Assembly (NCBI RefSeq): GCF_009914755.1
Contig: NC_060932.1
Length of the DNA: 64,000 nt
Source of the DNA: the human T2T-CHM13v2.0 reference genome, Homo sapiens
Direction: 5' to 3' (one strand)
In this document: piece after piece, positions 27,939 through 40,988 of the stretch
How positions within the stretch are numbered: the stretch's first letter is position 1
Layout of the letters: every line of letters starts with the position of its first letter
The notes under the pieces: model-generated
The model's input: the letters and a program-made list of their open reading frames with translations, nothing else
Databases searched by the model: none
Told to the model about the DNA's origin: nothing
Program-made: the position numbers and the translations under genes

Positions 27939-28202
27939 CCTAGAGGTTCTGCACACCTTCCTCAAGGACCATACATTACAAATGATATTTCTAAAATGTC
28001 ATTTAATCTCATTCTAAATGAAGAAAAAAGAAGGAAAAATGTCCAGTGGTAAAATTTTGAACTTAGGCAGCTGTGTTCTCAATTTTAAATTTTTCCCTGA
28101 GGGTGATTATTATCTATTTCTCAGATAATTCTTTCCATCTTCCTTTTGGGGAAAATGTTAGAATTTTGCATCTCTGGCCTCTTGAAGTTAAGTGTGGCCA
28201 GG

Positions 28203-28280
28203 TGGGGCTTTAGCAATAACATGTGAACGGTGGTGTCTGATGGGGCTTTAGCAATAACATGTGAACGGTGGTGTCTGATG
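28203..28280. repeat. Perfect 38-bp tandem duplication inside an old LTR (~28130-28450)
   Basis: TGGGGCTTTAGCAATAACATGTGAACGGTGGTGTCTGA twice (28203-28240, 28241-28278). Confidence 0.97.
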
Positions 28281-28859
28281 AGATTTGGTATGAGGCTGAT
28301 CTGTCAGTTGACATCCCAGAGTGACTGATGGATAGAGATTACCTGCCAACCCATATGGGACATGTAGAGTGAGTGAGAAATAAATGTTCATGATTTGATT
28401 TACAGGTTGCTTTTTAGTGAAGCAGAACCTAGCCTAACCTGACTTACAAATGGTAACTCACTATGTGACTGCAGGCAAGGAGGTTAAGATCTCTCTCATT
28501 ATCGCCACTATTAAATAAAAATGCAATACCCACAACTAATGGTTGTGGGGAAGATTAAATAAAATTAATTGTGTAGAAGACCCTTACCTACTTCCTGACA
28601 CATTAGTCACTCAGTGGGTGTTGGTTTCTTTTCTTGTTCCCCACAGCCTTTCTCCCCAATGTGTGCATGCATTTGATCATAAGGAATGAATCTGCATAAT
28701 ATTTATAAGTATGTTTCTAGTAATATCTTAAGTATAATAACTCCTTTCTACAAATAAGTTAATATTTGTAAAAGGACACCTAAGAAGATAAATTTATTCT
28801 GTGACATCAAGAAGCTCAGTGAATCAGTCAGAGTTATAGAATCTTAACAATTAGGACAT

Positions 28860-31680
28860 TCATTGAGGATAGAAGGTAATCATGCCAAACACACAGATTG
28901 GCACCTGCAAAGATGAATATGAGAAATTGGGAAATCTCTGTCTTCAAGAAGCTAATAGTCTAGTTATGAACTAGCTTTTCTGCACCATAATTGAGTAATT
29001 TTATACAATGATGCAAGTGCTGTAAGATAGATATGCACAGAATACTGTGGGAACATAGGAGAGAGTAGGATGAACTGTACGTAGGTAGCCAGTGATGACT
29101 TCACTGAGATTATATTTAAGCTGAGCCTTAAGTGACAAGTAAATGCTGGGCAGATGCAGGAGAAGAAGCAAAAACATAAACAAAGGTCTGAAAATTAATA
29201 ACTTGTTTAAGGAATGATGGACTATAGGGTTTTGGAGCTAATGAAAGAAATGGGATCAAGTGGTAAAAGTTGGGTGTGTACAGGTAAGTTAGGTCAGATT
29301 GTGATGTTTGGATTTAGTGACTGAATAGTGGAATGGTGACTAAGATTTAGATTATAAAAAGGACAGGATTACAGTTGTGTTTGGGAAGAAGACCTTGAGT
29401 AAATTACTAAAGACAGGGGCACATTTGGTATGTTTTCAAAATTTCCAGTGGGAGCAATAATGACTTGACTGTGGCTATTATCTTAGAAATAGATATAAAG
29501 AATAAAATTCAAGAGCTGGGCCTAGGTAGAATCAAATTGATTACATACTGAATGTGAGAGACCAAAATAAGTTCAAAAAATGTGATCAAATATTCTAACT
29601 GGAACAAACAGATGATTGACGTGGACATTGGCCAAAACAGGGAACACACATAAAAAATAAACTTCTAGAGTGGGAATGTCATAAATTTAGTTTTGGATTT
29701 TGTAATATAATTATAATATAAAACATAAAAAGAATATAGAAAATATATAAGCAAGTTATGAATCATAACAATGAAATGAATACTTGTGAATGCATTACAC
29801 AACTTTAGAACTAGAATGTTACCAAGAACGTAGATGTTAGCTGAATGCTTCTTTCCAATCCCATTCCACTATCTATAATTATTCCCTTCTTTTCATAGTT
29901 TTACCACTTATGGCTATATTCTTACATAATAAAATTTTAATTTTTTCTACAGCATATGGTATTCTATGACTTGATTCTTTTACTCAATTGTTGTTGTATT
30001 GCTATTATTTAAGATTTATTCAAATTACTTTGTATAGCTGTAGTTTATTCATTTTCCCCGCTGTATAACAGTACATTGACTGACTATTCTACAGCTCATC
30101 CCCACTCCTGTTGATGCAGTTGGATTATCTCCAGTTTTTTGTTATGGCAAGAAATGCTGCTATAAACATTCTTGTATGTTTCTCCTGGCTTTGATCATTT
30201 TGGTTTTGGGGAGCACATTCACATGTTCTAAAGCTTAAGTAAAACATCTGAGTTAGATACATGGAGCTGAGAATCTCTGAGAAATAGATCATATTTAAAG
30301 GCCACTGGCTTGATTGAGGTGACTCAGCATAAGTAGATGGAAGAGAGCCAAGCTCGGGATCAAAATCATCATAAATGTGAACTATTAAGGTATGAAGGTA
30401 TGCACACTGAAGGAGATGTTTGAAAATAAGAGAAGAATCAGGAGGGTGTAATAGCAAGGGAGTCACTGAAAGAGACTTTAAAGAATAGTGTAGTCTACAC
30501 CTTCAAAGTCAGAAAAATTGGGTAGATTTGTTCATTATAACCTCATCAGCAACTTAGGAAAACACAACATATCCAAGACATGAAGAAAAAAATCAGATAA
30601 TGAGTGAATGCAAGAAAATAAGGTATTATCTGGAAAATATATTAGTAATGAAATAACCTTGTTTGTTACAGGAGGCCAGAGTTGGACTGGGAGGTTGAGG
30701 AGATGCAGGTTCAAGAAAATGTTTTTGGAGAGACAAACGTGTTTATAAATGCAGGGGAGTGATTTGAGATCACAGTAGAAATGGGAAATTTGATGTAGTC
30801 ATGTCTACAGCAACATCACAGAACATTTATCACTTGCTCTCCACAGACACTCTCCCAATTTCTTTGTATTTAGTCTTTCCAAAAATTCTAGAAAAAAGAT
30901 ATTTTATTATTTCTCTTTCTGTCACAGCTCAACCTGCCATAGAGAACCCAGGACACAAGAAGGAAGGTTAGTTAGAAGGCTTTGCACAAATGCTATTGCA
31001 CGATGATGGTGAATTGAGTAAGGGGAAGTATTAGGAAGAGGGTAGATTTCAGATTCTTTTTGAAGACAGGAAAAGTAGGATTGTTGCTGTAGCAGAAGTG
31101 GGCTGTGAAGGAAACAAATAAAAGACAACTGCAAGCTTTTGGGATTGAATAACTGAAATAATGAAGTTATATTGACTGTGATGAAGACTATGGGAAAATA
31201 GTTTGGTGTGGAGGAAGGTAAGAAGTAAGGCTTTTGATATGCTGTGTTTGAGATGCCTAATGATACATTCAAGTAGTGATTTTGAGTAGGTAGCTGGATA
31301 TGCAAATCTAGAGTTTGGATGAGAAGTTTAGGTGAGAAATATAAGTGTGGGAGTCATCAGTGTGTTGATATTATTTATCTAAATTCATGAGACCAGAGGA
31401 GATCACCAAAGGTATTAGCCTAGAGAAGAAGTAACATTTAGAAATTGAGCCCTGGTGTAGAAAACATGAATAGAAACCAGAAAAAAAAAAAAAAAAAAAA
31501 AAAAAAGACTGAAAAGGAGAAGGCATCCAGGTGGAAAGTGAACCAGGGGAGTGTTTTTGGAAAATAAAGTGAGGAAAGTATTGTACGGAAGAGGAAAAAT
31601 TTAACTGTTTCAAAAGCTAAGTTCAAATTTGCAGAGAAATGAGAAATGGCTATTGGATTTAGTAGTGGCTAATTGGTATG
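28860..31680 (-). mobile_element. Long L2 remnant(s), interrupted by an L1ME-type fragment (~29700-30200, - strand)
   Basis: L2 motifs TTTGAGATGCCTAATGATACATTCAAGT...GTAGGTAGCTGGATAT; A26 run at 31481-31506. Confidence 0.7.
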
Positions 31681-32789
31681 TTGAACCAGGGAACCTCAAT
31701 TTCTGCATTTTGGTGACTGATTACACTTCCTAAGTATCAGGAATGAACTATAGTCAACTCAGTGGAAGCCCTTTTTTCTCACATGAGTCAGAATTTTTAG
31801 TTGGTTCATTAACCAAAAGAGTTGTTGTTTGCCAGTCTTTGGATGTACATCCAAGATTTTTCTTTGCATGGAAATAACTTGCCTAAAAACAAATATTTGA
31901 GTTTCTGTTTCAGTTTCTTCAAAGTATGGAAGAACTTAAAGACATGTAAAGCCATCTGAGGTCAGAACATGTCTAGATTTTTGCAACCGTATCCAAATAT
32001 TCTAAAGTTGTATAGTCCACACTTATTTCAACAGAAAAATAATACCAATCGTACTTATCAACTCTTTCTAAAATTTTCAACTTAATTTTCCTAGAAATTT
32101 CCATTTTTTTCTACTCCTCTTTTATTGATTTATAAAACAATACATACAACATGAACACATTTGGGAACAAACACTATTCTCTCTTGGTAAGAGTAGTAGA
32201 GGGTAAAGGAGGACGAAATGCTATAGCTGCTTTTTGGCCCAGAGGGAATATGCCATGGCTGTCAGCCAGCATTTTCATAGTGGGGAGGAGGATATTATTA
32301 ATTTCCCCCCCAAAAATTAAGTATATTGAGAAGATATCCTACTAAATTTGTATTCACTTGTAATTTGTCTGCTGACATCCCAATTTATAAAAATAAAAAG
32401 GAAACAATATCAGCAACATTAACTTGTCACTGCCCTCCCATTACCTCATGAAAGCTAAACCCACTTTTCTAACAAACCCCAAAACTTCGCACCACTTCCT
32501 TCCCTACAGGGACCTCCCATCTGCCAGTCACCCACCCTCTGTACAGCTGGCTAACATACTTTTCAGTTATCATTTCTGGATTGTTATTTAATAGATAATT
32601 TCCAGTCTTCTCTCCCTTATTTGAGATCTTAAATAAGCTTCTGGAATGCAAAGTGCAGGTCTCTTTTTTCATAGTGACCACAAATACACCGTTTTATTTT
32701 TGAGCATATAATTATTATATATTTTTGTTATAAAACAGTCACAAATGTCCACAATGCATCGTAGTATATGAAATGTTCCCTGTCCATAT

Positions 32790-33420
32790 TCATTAATCCA
32801 ACTAATAATTTTAGAACAATTTCTGGGTGCCAAGCATGATTCTCTACCTAGTTGAAGGGGTCAACGAGGGCCTCTATGAGAAGGGAACATTTAAGCTGAG
32901 ACATAAATGGAAGAACAAGCAGACCTGCAGTAAAGAGGGGAACTTGTCAGGCCCCATCACAGGAATAACTGGGGCATACTGGAGACACAATCATAAAGTA
33001 CAGTGAGTGAAAGGAGAGTGGCAAGAAATGAGAATGGTGTTGCAGGGGAGTTGGGGATGGCAGGTCCAGGTAGGCTCTGGTAAACATTTCCATGTTATTA
33101 TAAGTGAAATGGGAGCCCTTGTGGAGTTTTAAGGAAAGGAGTGACATGATCTGATTTATATTTAAAAGATTCATCCTGGCTCTGATTGAAGAATAATAGA
33201 AGCCGGGACATTAATTGGCAGACTAACATGGATTAACTTCACAGACATTGTGTTGAGCAAAAGTAGCGAGGCACAAAAGAAGCACAAGCTGTCCTGTGTT
33301 TTGATTTCTATATATTATAGACATATAATGTTCTATGCATGAATTTGCGTGAGGTTTACCAGTAGTCCAGGGAGGAGATGTGGACTAGTGCCCGTAACAG
33401 TGGTGAGGGAGAGGTCTTTA
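32790..33420 (-). mobile_element. L2 fragment
   Basis: GAGTGACATGATCTGATTTATATTTAAAAGATTCATCCTGGCT. Confidence 0.75.
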
Positions 33421-33599
33421 GTGTGTCTGGTCCTTGCTATAAACTGTTAAAGAGGAAAGGAGTTGTGAGATTCTTCTTCATCTTACATAGATACAGAAAC
33501 TAGTTGGGACGGCCAATGTCTTGTCCAAAATCACAAAGCTAGTGCCAATGAGCCCAGGTTTCAAGTCCAGATTATCCTACTTATTTTATTAATGAAAAA

Positions 33600-33950
33600 G
33601 GTTCAGATATATACATTTATGAAAAGAAATTTTATTTGGCATCAATAAGAAGAAAAATGATTGATCATGCAACAACATGAATTAATTTTACAGACATTAC
33701 ACTGAGTTAAAGAAGACAGACACAATGAGGACCTATTATATGAAGTTCTACAACAAGCAAAGTGAATCTGTGGTCTATGGTGATAGAAGGAAAAAAGGGA
33801 TTACTTTTTTGTGGTTGCAGAAAAACTTACTGGATAGGGCCATGAGAGAACTATCTGGAGTGATGGACGTATTCTATATCTTGATCCATATGTGGTTACA
33901 TGATTATATATATTTGCCAAAATGTATTGAACTAAATTATTAGGGGAAAA
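33600..33950 (+). mobile_element. L1ME-type 3'UTR fragment
   Basis: GCAACAACATGAATTAATTTTACAGACATT...GTTCTATATCTTGAT-like motifs. Confidence 0.7.
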
Positions 33951-35108
33951 ATTCAGGGTACATAAATGCTTTCTTAAATATATAGGGTCAAGATAAGAAA
34001 CTCTGGATAAGAATCCAAGTTTTCTAATATCAGGTCATATACTCTTGTCTTGAAGCCATAGGTCTTCGGCCTAAAGCTACTAGAGAATCCGGGTTGCTGA
34101 CCCCTAGACAAATGCCATGACTCTAGTAGCCAGTGTAACCCTTTTCCCTTTGAAGTTGTAGCTAATAAAGTCTAGAGTTCAAAGTCATGTCCTGCATGGG
34201 CAAAGTGAATGTTCTAGAATAAGAGAAACTATGCTGAGAATGAAAGAGTTTTTTTGAGACAATAGAATAATTTTAGGTCCTGAACCATGTGAGAAAAGTG
34301 TTCTAAGAAAAGCTCTCAAGATCTAGAATGAGGCAGATAACCAAGACAGCTTGAAATAAACCCTGTAAATGGACTGGGGTAGCTTATCAGGATTTAGAGT
34401 CATTCTAATGACACTTTTGACAACAGTGTCCACATGATTGATGCTATAAAACTGATAACGGAAGGCGATGCCCTTACAGGAATGGCATTTTGGCAAAACT
34501 CAATATCTTCTCACAGTTCATTTTTTATAAGATTCTATTCATGGACTGCATACTTATACAATCTCATTAGTCTGCCATTAATCATTTCTATGTCTGTATT
34601 CTGTAGTTTTCAAGACTTGAGTTTGCATACATGAAAACAATATGCTCCATTCATATAACATTTTGGTTTACAAGGCATTTGGGATCTGAATCATGAGACA
34701 TTCAGGAGAGGAGAGGTGATGACTTCTGTACCTATCTGTAGGTCGTTGGGTGAGCTAAAGCCATGATGGAAAGTCAGGTCCCATGAGGTCCATGCTCAAA
34801 TGAAACCTGAACAACTAAAGGAATGGGAAAAACAGAGATACTGGCTTTGAGGGTGATGAATTTGTGAGCACTCAGGCTCTCTGATGCTGTGATTTTGTTA
34901 CTCCTCGTGAATCAGCTTATGCATAATAATGTCACACCTCTCTTTAGAATACATTAGATAATACATTTAGAATACATTATACCTCCACACAGGTATAACG
35001 TATCCTGGAAGACATAAAGTGTCCTCTTACCTTGTCCTGAAGTATTTGCCTTATGCACAGCATTCCAAGCCAGGAAGCTCTTGCTAAGTTTAAAAATGGA
35101 TGGATATG

Positions 35109-35408
35109 GGCCGGGCGTGGTGGCTAACGCCTGTAATCCCAGCACTTTGGGAGGCCGAAGAGGGCGGATCATGAGGTCAGGAGATTGAGACCATCCTGGC
35201 TAACACTGTGAAACCCCGTCTCTACTAAAAATACAAAACATTAGCCAGGCGGGCACCTGTAGTCCCAGCTACTTGGGAGGCTGAGGCAGGAGAACAGGAG
35301 AATGGTGTGAACTCGGGAGGCGGAGCTTGCAGTGAGCCGAGATCATGCCACTGCACTCCAGCCTGGGCGACAGAGCAAGACTCCGTCTCAGGAAAAAAAA
35401 AAAAAAAA
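35109..35408 (+). mobile_element. AluY
   Basis: ACCATCCTGGCTAAC and GGAGCTTGCAGTGAGCCGAGAT diagnostics; 17-bp TSD AAAAATGGATGGATATG (35092-35108, 35409-35425) at a TT/AAAA site. Confidence 0.95.
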
Positions 35409-35569
35409 AAAAATGGATGGATATGAAGGTGGAGGCAGAGTTGGGTTAAGGAATCATTACACATGAAGTATCCTAGTTACCAGAAAAAGGTCACTGGACT
35501 GAAGCAGGAAACTTCTTGTTTTGGTTCTTTAAGGTATTCTACTCAGCATAACAGCTCATTCTAATACTC

Positions 35570-35975
35570 TGTATTAGTTTGCTAAGGGTGTCATAACAAC
35601 ATTCCACAAACCTAGTGGCTTAAACAACAGAAATGTATTGTCTTGTAGTTCTGGAGGCCAGAAGTCACGATGTCGCTGGTGTTGGCTCCTCCTGAGGGCT
35701 GTGAGGGAAGGGTCTATTCCTGATCTTTCTTTCTGGTTTGTGGATGCCCTTTTTCCTGTGTCTCCTCACACCATCTTCCCTCTGTACATGTCTTATCCAA
35801 ATTTCCCCTTTGTATAAGAACACTAATCATGTTGGATTAAGGTCCACCCTAATAATTTCATTTTAACTTGACTACCACTGTACAGACTCTATCTCCAAAT
35901 ACGGTCACACTCTGGGGCAGTGAAGGTTAGGACTACAACGTATTTGTTTTGGGTGACACAATTCAACCGGTAACA
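35570..35975 (-). mobile_element. MLT1A0/MLT1B MaLR LTR
   Basis: TGTATTAGTTTGCTAAGG...GTGGCTTAAACAACAGAAAT...GACACAATTCAACCGGTAACA termini. Confidence 0.88.
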
Positions 35976-36200
35976 TATCCTGATCCTTGGCTCCCTCATC
36001 TGCAAAACAAGTATATTTACCTTACACTGTTATTTAAAAATTGAAAAGCAGCCAATGTATTTAGAAGAACTTAGTAAACTGAAGATTCTACATAAGAACA
36101 AGGCAGTAAAAACAGTGAGCGATAACAGCATAGATATACATAATAATAAGAGCTCTCTCTTACTGAGAACAGCCATGTGCCTGGCAGTTCTAAATGTATT
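35900..36200. promoter_or_regulatory. Candidate prostate enhancer core (forkhead, AR half-site and GATA motifs; latent SPDEF site at 35964-35971)
   Basis: TATTTGT 35941, TATTTAC 36014, AGAACA 36095 and 36166, GATAA 36121; position fits the recalled rs72725854 enhancer (inference). Confidence 0.5.
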
Positions 36201-36375
36201 CACTTATGAATCTATGAGATCTCCTATGAAGATTGATGGTAGCATTATCTCTACTTTCCAGATGAGGAAACTGAAGGACAGCAAGTTTGGGCAATTTGCT
36301 AACGACACAGCTTGTAAGTGGTATGGCCACTTGTAAGCCACTCCATTAGAAGCCAGAGCCTGTAAGCTTAATCAC
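36140..36375 (-). mobile_element. MIR SINE
   Basis: TTTCCAGATGAGGAAACTGAAGGACAG core. Confidence 0.8.
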
Positions 36376-39055
36376 GTCCCCTCCCCACATACAGATACTA
36401 GTGAGAGAACCAACTTTAAATTTCCAGAATAAAGATTGTTTCAAAAATAGAAATAGATATTAAGAAATAAAAATAGAAATTATTTCTATAGACAGCTAGG
36501 TAAATGGAAAAGCAATAGTTAAAATGTGAACATATTTTAAGTATGATATACTGTAGCTAAAGATAACATGCAGTACTTTTAAGTAATACTGTATATAGAG
36601 AAGTAGATCGAAATAGGTAAACTATTAACATAAATTTTCCTGTAGTGGAATCCCAATTAAAGCAATAATGTAGAGCAATAAGAAGCAAAATCTGCTTGGA
36701 TCCAAATCATTTCTGAACTTTGTAACTTTGGTCGTGTTGCTTTCTGTGAATCAGTTTCTTCATTTAAAAAAGTTGTTATGAGGATAGAACATGCTAGTAT
36801 TTATAAAATGCTCATAAATTCTTGGCACAAAGTAAGCTATGGACTCAAAAATGGTGATTCCAGACCTCAAGAAATAAGAACTTGAATTTCAGAGAAATCT
36901 TCCCTTATTATCCCTGAGGTCCACTCCATAGCTTGATCAAAGAAGTGGGATACTATGTAGTAGACTAGTGTGGCAGCACCTTAAACCCACAAATAAGTTT
37001 GGCTGTTGTAAAGAGAAGGGAAACCAAAATTATTTCAGGACCTACTATGTGCAGAGTTTTTATCTGCTATATACATAGGCATATGCTATTCCATCAGTGG
37101 TTCAGAGGGCATAAACAGTTAATAAAGCTATCTCAGGGATGATTAAATTGAGAGTTGCTCAGGGTCATACAATTTTTGAGTCAGGAATTAAACCCAGGGC
37201 TATTTCATTCCAAGGCCCATGTTACTTTCTGGTAAAACAAATAACCATGAAATATAATATATTTTCTTTGAATCCCTAATAGTGGGTGCTATTATACCCC
37301 CAATTACTTAAATTGATCCTGTACATTGCCAAGAGATTAAATTATAAATTATTGAGTTCAAAAAGATAATTTCTTCCTCCAAAGAGATGGCATCTTACAG
37401 TTTACTCTGACAGCTTTTTTTTTTTATTTTTTCTCCTAGTGAATTATCAACAGAAACTACCTAGAGAAACCTGTAACTTCAGATCTTCTGATTAATTGAT
37501 TTTCTTTGGGTGCTGCTTGACAGTAACAGAATGGTCCATGGGGACAGTTTTTCAGTGAATGTTTTCAACAATGATAGGAACACAGAGCTAAGCAGAGTGT
37601 CAAGAGACATTTAGTGCAGTAGAGACATCTCATCTGTTTTTCTGCAGAACTTGCATAAAATTAGCATCTGATTATTATCACCTCAGAATGAACCGGAACC
37701 CGTAAAGATGTCTTTGATCGTAAAAGTGGGGAGGAGACCCTGATGGAAGAAGAGAAGACTTCAGCCTCACAATAGAAAAGACTGTGTTTATGCACCTAAA
37801 TCTAACTTAGACACCATCTAATTCAAGAAACAGGCACATTTAGGGAAATAAAGAAAAGAGGCAGAAAGAGATGAAGCACCTTGGCTGAATCAGAGAAATT
37901 AGGGGTTAATGTTCCAGACTGATGACTTGAAGGAGGGTGTGCATTTTCATGCAAGGGACCATTCTGTAGAAGAAGCAGCACATTCACCCTTAAATGAGCA
38001 AAGAGAATCCCAATCACTCTCCCTCTCACCCTCCCCTTTTCCTTCATTTCTCTAGCTCTTTATTTCCAAGAAGGCCAGCCCTTCTCTTCAGCCACATGGT
38101 ATTTGGACAGCCTAGGCTCAATCCCTGCAGGGAAAGCTCAATCAGCCAGCTGAGCCAGTCACTGAACAACCAAGTCTGGTAAGAACAGGGGTGAAGTATT
38201 TAAGAAGCCTATCGTGGCTGGAGGGCTAAAGCCTTGTTCTCAAATCAGCTTTATAGGTAATAAAACTGACATTAAAGCAAAAACAAATAAGAGTAATAAG
38301 GCTTCTTCTGTGTGTTTCTTGGGTTTTGTTTCTCATTTGATTCCAAATGGGGAGACAAGGGTATATTTATCCTACCCTTCCCCCAGCCTCAACAGGTTAA
38401 ATGGGTTAATACATGAAAAGCATCAATCACAGTGTCTGGAGCATTATCAGTATCAGTAAATGTTAACTATTACTTTGAGGCTGGCCCATGTGGCTCCTGG
38501 CATTACAGGCACCAGAGGAATTCCAGGGAGACCAGGAGGATTATAGTCTGGGGGAGTATGGAGGATGTGCTACTGTGTGGCAGGTGCTTTGCAAACTGCA
38601 TTAAAATAGTCTTGATATTTTCAGAATCTAACGGGATCCCATATACTATGATTCTGAAATTCACTTGTGCTTCTTTAGATTTTGCATCTACATGATGCAT
38701 AGTAACAGTTCTTAATTTGGTTTATTCCTAGCTTATCTATGGTTGTCATTATTTCAAGAGCCTAGTAAAGTTGAAATCAATTTTAGAACTACAAAAAAAA
38801 AAAAAAAAGGAAGAGATGTGAGTAGGGTCTCACTGTGTTGCACGTAAATGCATTGACATGGAAGATTTAAAACACCTGATGAGTTTTATTCTGTTTCTTT
38901 ATTCTCTATTAAAGGTAGTACTGTGCAACATTCCCTACCCTCTATTTTTGACACTGACGTTGGGCTTATTTTGATTGTCTAAGAGGTCCTGTGCTACAAG
39001 CTGGCAGGGCTTGCTGGGATGAAGTGACAAGCAAAGATTTGCTATATGGTATAGC

Positions 39056-39197
39056 CAGGGGCAGAGACAGGTTTTCTGGGGGCATGAGACTTCTACAGTG
39101 GGGAGACACTATTAAGAAATAGAATACAAAATTATGACTACAAAATGAGAGGCCCCAAAGCTTATGTTTCATTAGCTTCACAGGGAGCTCACTTCTG
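39056..39197. mobile_element. hAT MITE (MER53/Blackjack-like)
   Basis: CAGGGGCAGAGACAGGTTTTCTGGGG...TTCATTAGCTTCACAGGGAGCTCACTTCTG. Confidence 0.55.
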
Positions 39198-39789
39198 CCC
39201 AGAGCCAAGGACTGTGGACATGACCTGGTAATGGCATCAAATGATTCCCTTTATTGCCTCCCCTGGGGCAGAAATGGTGGCAGCAAAGCAACTTCCAATC
39301 ACAACTATCTTCTTTCATTTGACACAGGAAGGGGAAGCTCCCTCTTTAATCTCTAATAGAAACATTAAACAGCAGGCCATCACAATTTCTAGCTAAAGAG
39401 TTTTCATAGGACCTTTGCAAAGGTTGCATTCCTCCCTTCCCTTGTGGCAGTATGCATAATGTACCTTTTAGGAATATAAATTCAGTGTCTTGGAACACAT
39501 GATTTAGAATCAGTGTTCAGTTACCAACTATCAAATAAAAAAATAAATCCAGCATATGACTAACGGAAAGAAGTCAATCTGAAATGGTTACATATTATAT
39601 GATTCCAACTATATGACATTTTGGGAAAGGCAAGACTATGGAGACAGTGAAAAGGTCAGTGGTTGCCAGGGGTTAGAAGGAAGGGAGAGATGAATCGGGG
39701 AAGCACAGAGGATTTTTAGGGCAGCAAAACTGTTCTGTATGATACTATAATGGTTGATACATGTCATTGTACATTTGTCAAAACACATA

Positions 39790-40167
39790 TGTCTTGGTCC
39801 ATTTAGGCTGCTCTAAGAAAATATCTTAGACTGGGTGGCTTATAAACAACAGCAATTGGTTTCTTACAGTTCTGAAGTCCACGATGAAGGCACTGGCAGA
39901 TTCAGTGTCTGGTGCAGGCGATCCTCTTGCTTTAACTTCACTGGTGGAAGGGGCAAAGCAGCTGTCTAGGGCTTCTTACATAAAGGTATTAATCTCATTC
40001 ATGAGGGCTCTGCCCTCATGACCTAGTCACCTCTAAAAGGTCCCACCTCTTAAAACCATCACACTGGGCTTTAGGTTTAGTGGGGATGAATTTTGTGGGG
40101 AACCCAAATAACAGACCAAAATTCACTGGGAATTGTTTTGGGGAGACATAAACATTCAGACCACAGA
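39790..40167 (-). mobile_element. MSTD/MLT1A-type MaLR LTR
   Basis: TGTCTTGGTCCATTTAGGCTGCT...GACATAAACATTCAGACCACA. Confidence 0.85.
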
Positions 40168-40225
40168 AGCACAGCACATACAACACCAAGAGTAAATGTT
40201 TATGTAAACTGCAGATTTTTAGTGA

Positions 40226-40756
40226 TGTCACGGAGAAAAACTTCTCCTCGACTCTCTTAGGTTTAGTGCTTGGGAACCAGTAAATTAAACTAACTAAAGA
40301 CAAGTTAACAGAGAAAAAGCACAAGTTTTTATTGATATTTACATGCATAGGAGTTCATGGAAAAGAAATGAAATTCAAAGATGCAATTAGACTCACAGGG
40401 GTTATATACCATTTTAACAAAGGAAAGGTTTGGGGCTTCAAATGATGCTAAATTGTGGGGAAGTGACTAGGAAAGATACAGGGAAACAAAGGAAAGATAA
40501 GGGTTATTTTACTAAGGTCTGTTTATGTAAACTTGTCTGACTCTCAATCTCCAGTGGTAAGAGTGGCTCTCCTCTTCCCAGTTCAGGAGAGGGAGACACC
40601 TTCACAAGAGGAAATGTATGCCCTGCTTTTAATCTGATAAGAAGAGGGCAGAGAACCCTTCCTACATTTGGTTGTTTTCAATTGCCTTCAGCTCAAAATG
40701 GTCCTTACGTGGAAGTGACATATTTTTATGGTGGTGGTATATACTGATCTCTTTCA
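40226..40756 (-). mobile_element. MER34-family ERV1 LTR
   Basis: Reverse of the MER34 start: CAATTGCCTTCAGCTCAAAAT...ATATACTGATCTCTTTCA. Confidence 0.75.
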
Positions 40757-40988
40757 ATAATAATTGTGTGTCAATGAGTCTCATTGATTGTAATAGATAT
40801 ACCGCTCTGGTGTAGGATTTGATAGTAAGAGAGGTTGTACATGCGTGGAGGCAGGATGAGTAGGTGAATGAACTTTCTATATTCTCTACTCAATTTTTGT
40901 TTGAATTTAATATTGCTCTAAACATAAAATCTGTTCAATAAATAAAGTAAAAAACAAAACAATAAAATAAAGTAAAAAAAATCTAGAC

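Larger units (their letters stand above)
39550..40975 (+). mobile_element. L1MC/MD 3'UTR carrying two nested LTRs
   Basis: TTCCAACTATATGACATTTTGGGAAAGGC...; resumes after each LTR and ends in an A-rich tail. Confidence 0.8.

Noticed and set aside
28203-28280. Repeats of CRISPR-like length (also the MER11 units at 20415-20582)
   Set aside because: Tandem copies with no unique spacers, no cas genes, eukaryotic context
31481-31506. A26 run as a retro-insertion tail
   Set aside because: No body or TSD; fits expansion of an A-rich L2 segment
34206-34220. Perfect heat-shock elements (also 2055-2069)
   Set aside because: Only 9 fixed bases; one or two hits are expected by chance in 64 kb of AT-rich DNA
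37692-37698. ACCGGAA as the site of rs72725854
   Set aside because: A>T here would also make CCGGAT, but the recalled spacing to SRRM1P1 fits 35966 and is ~1.7 kb off for this site
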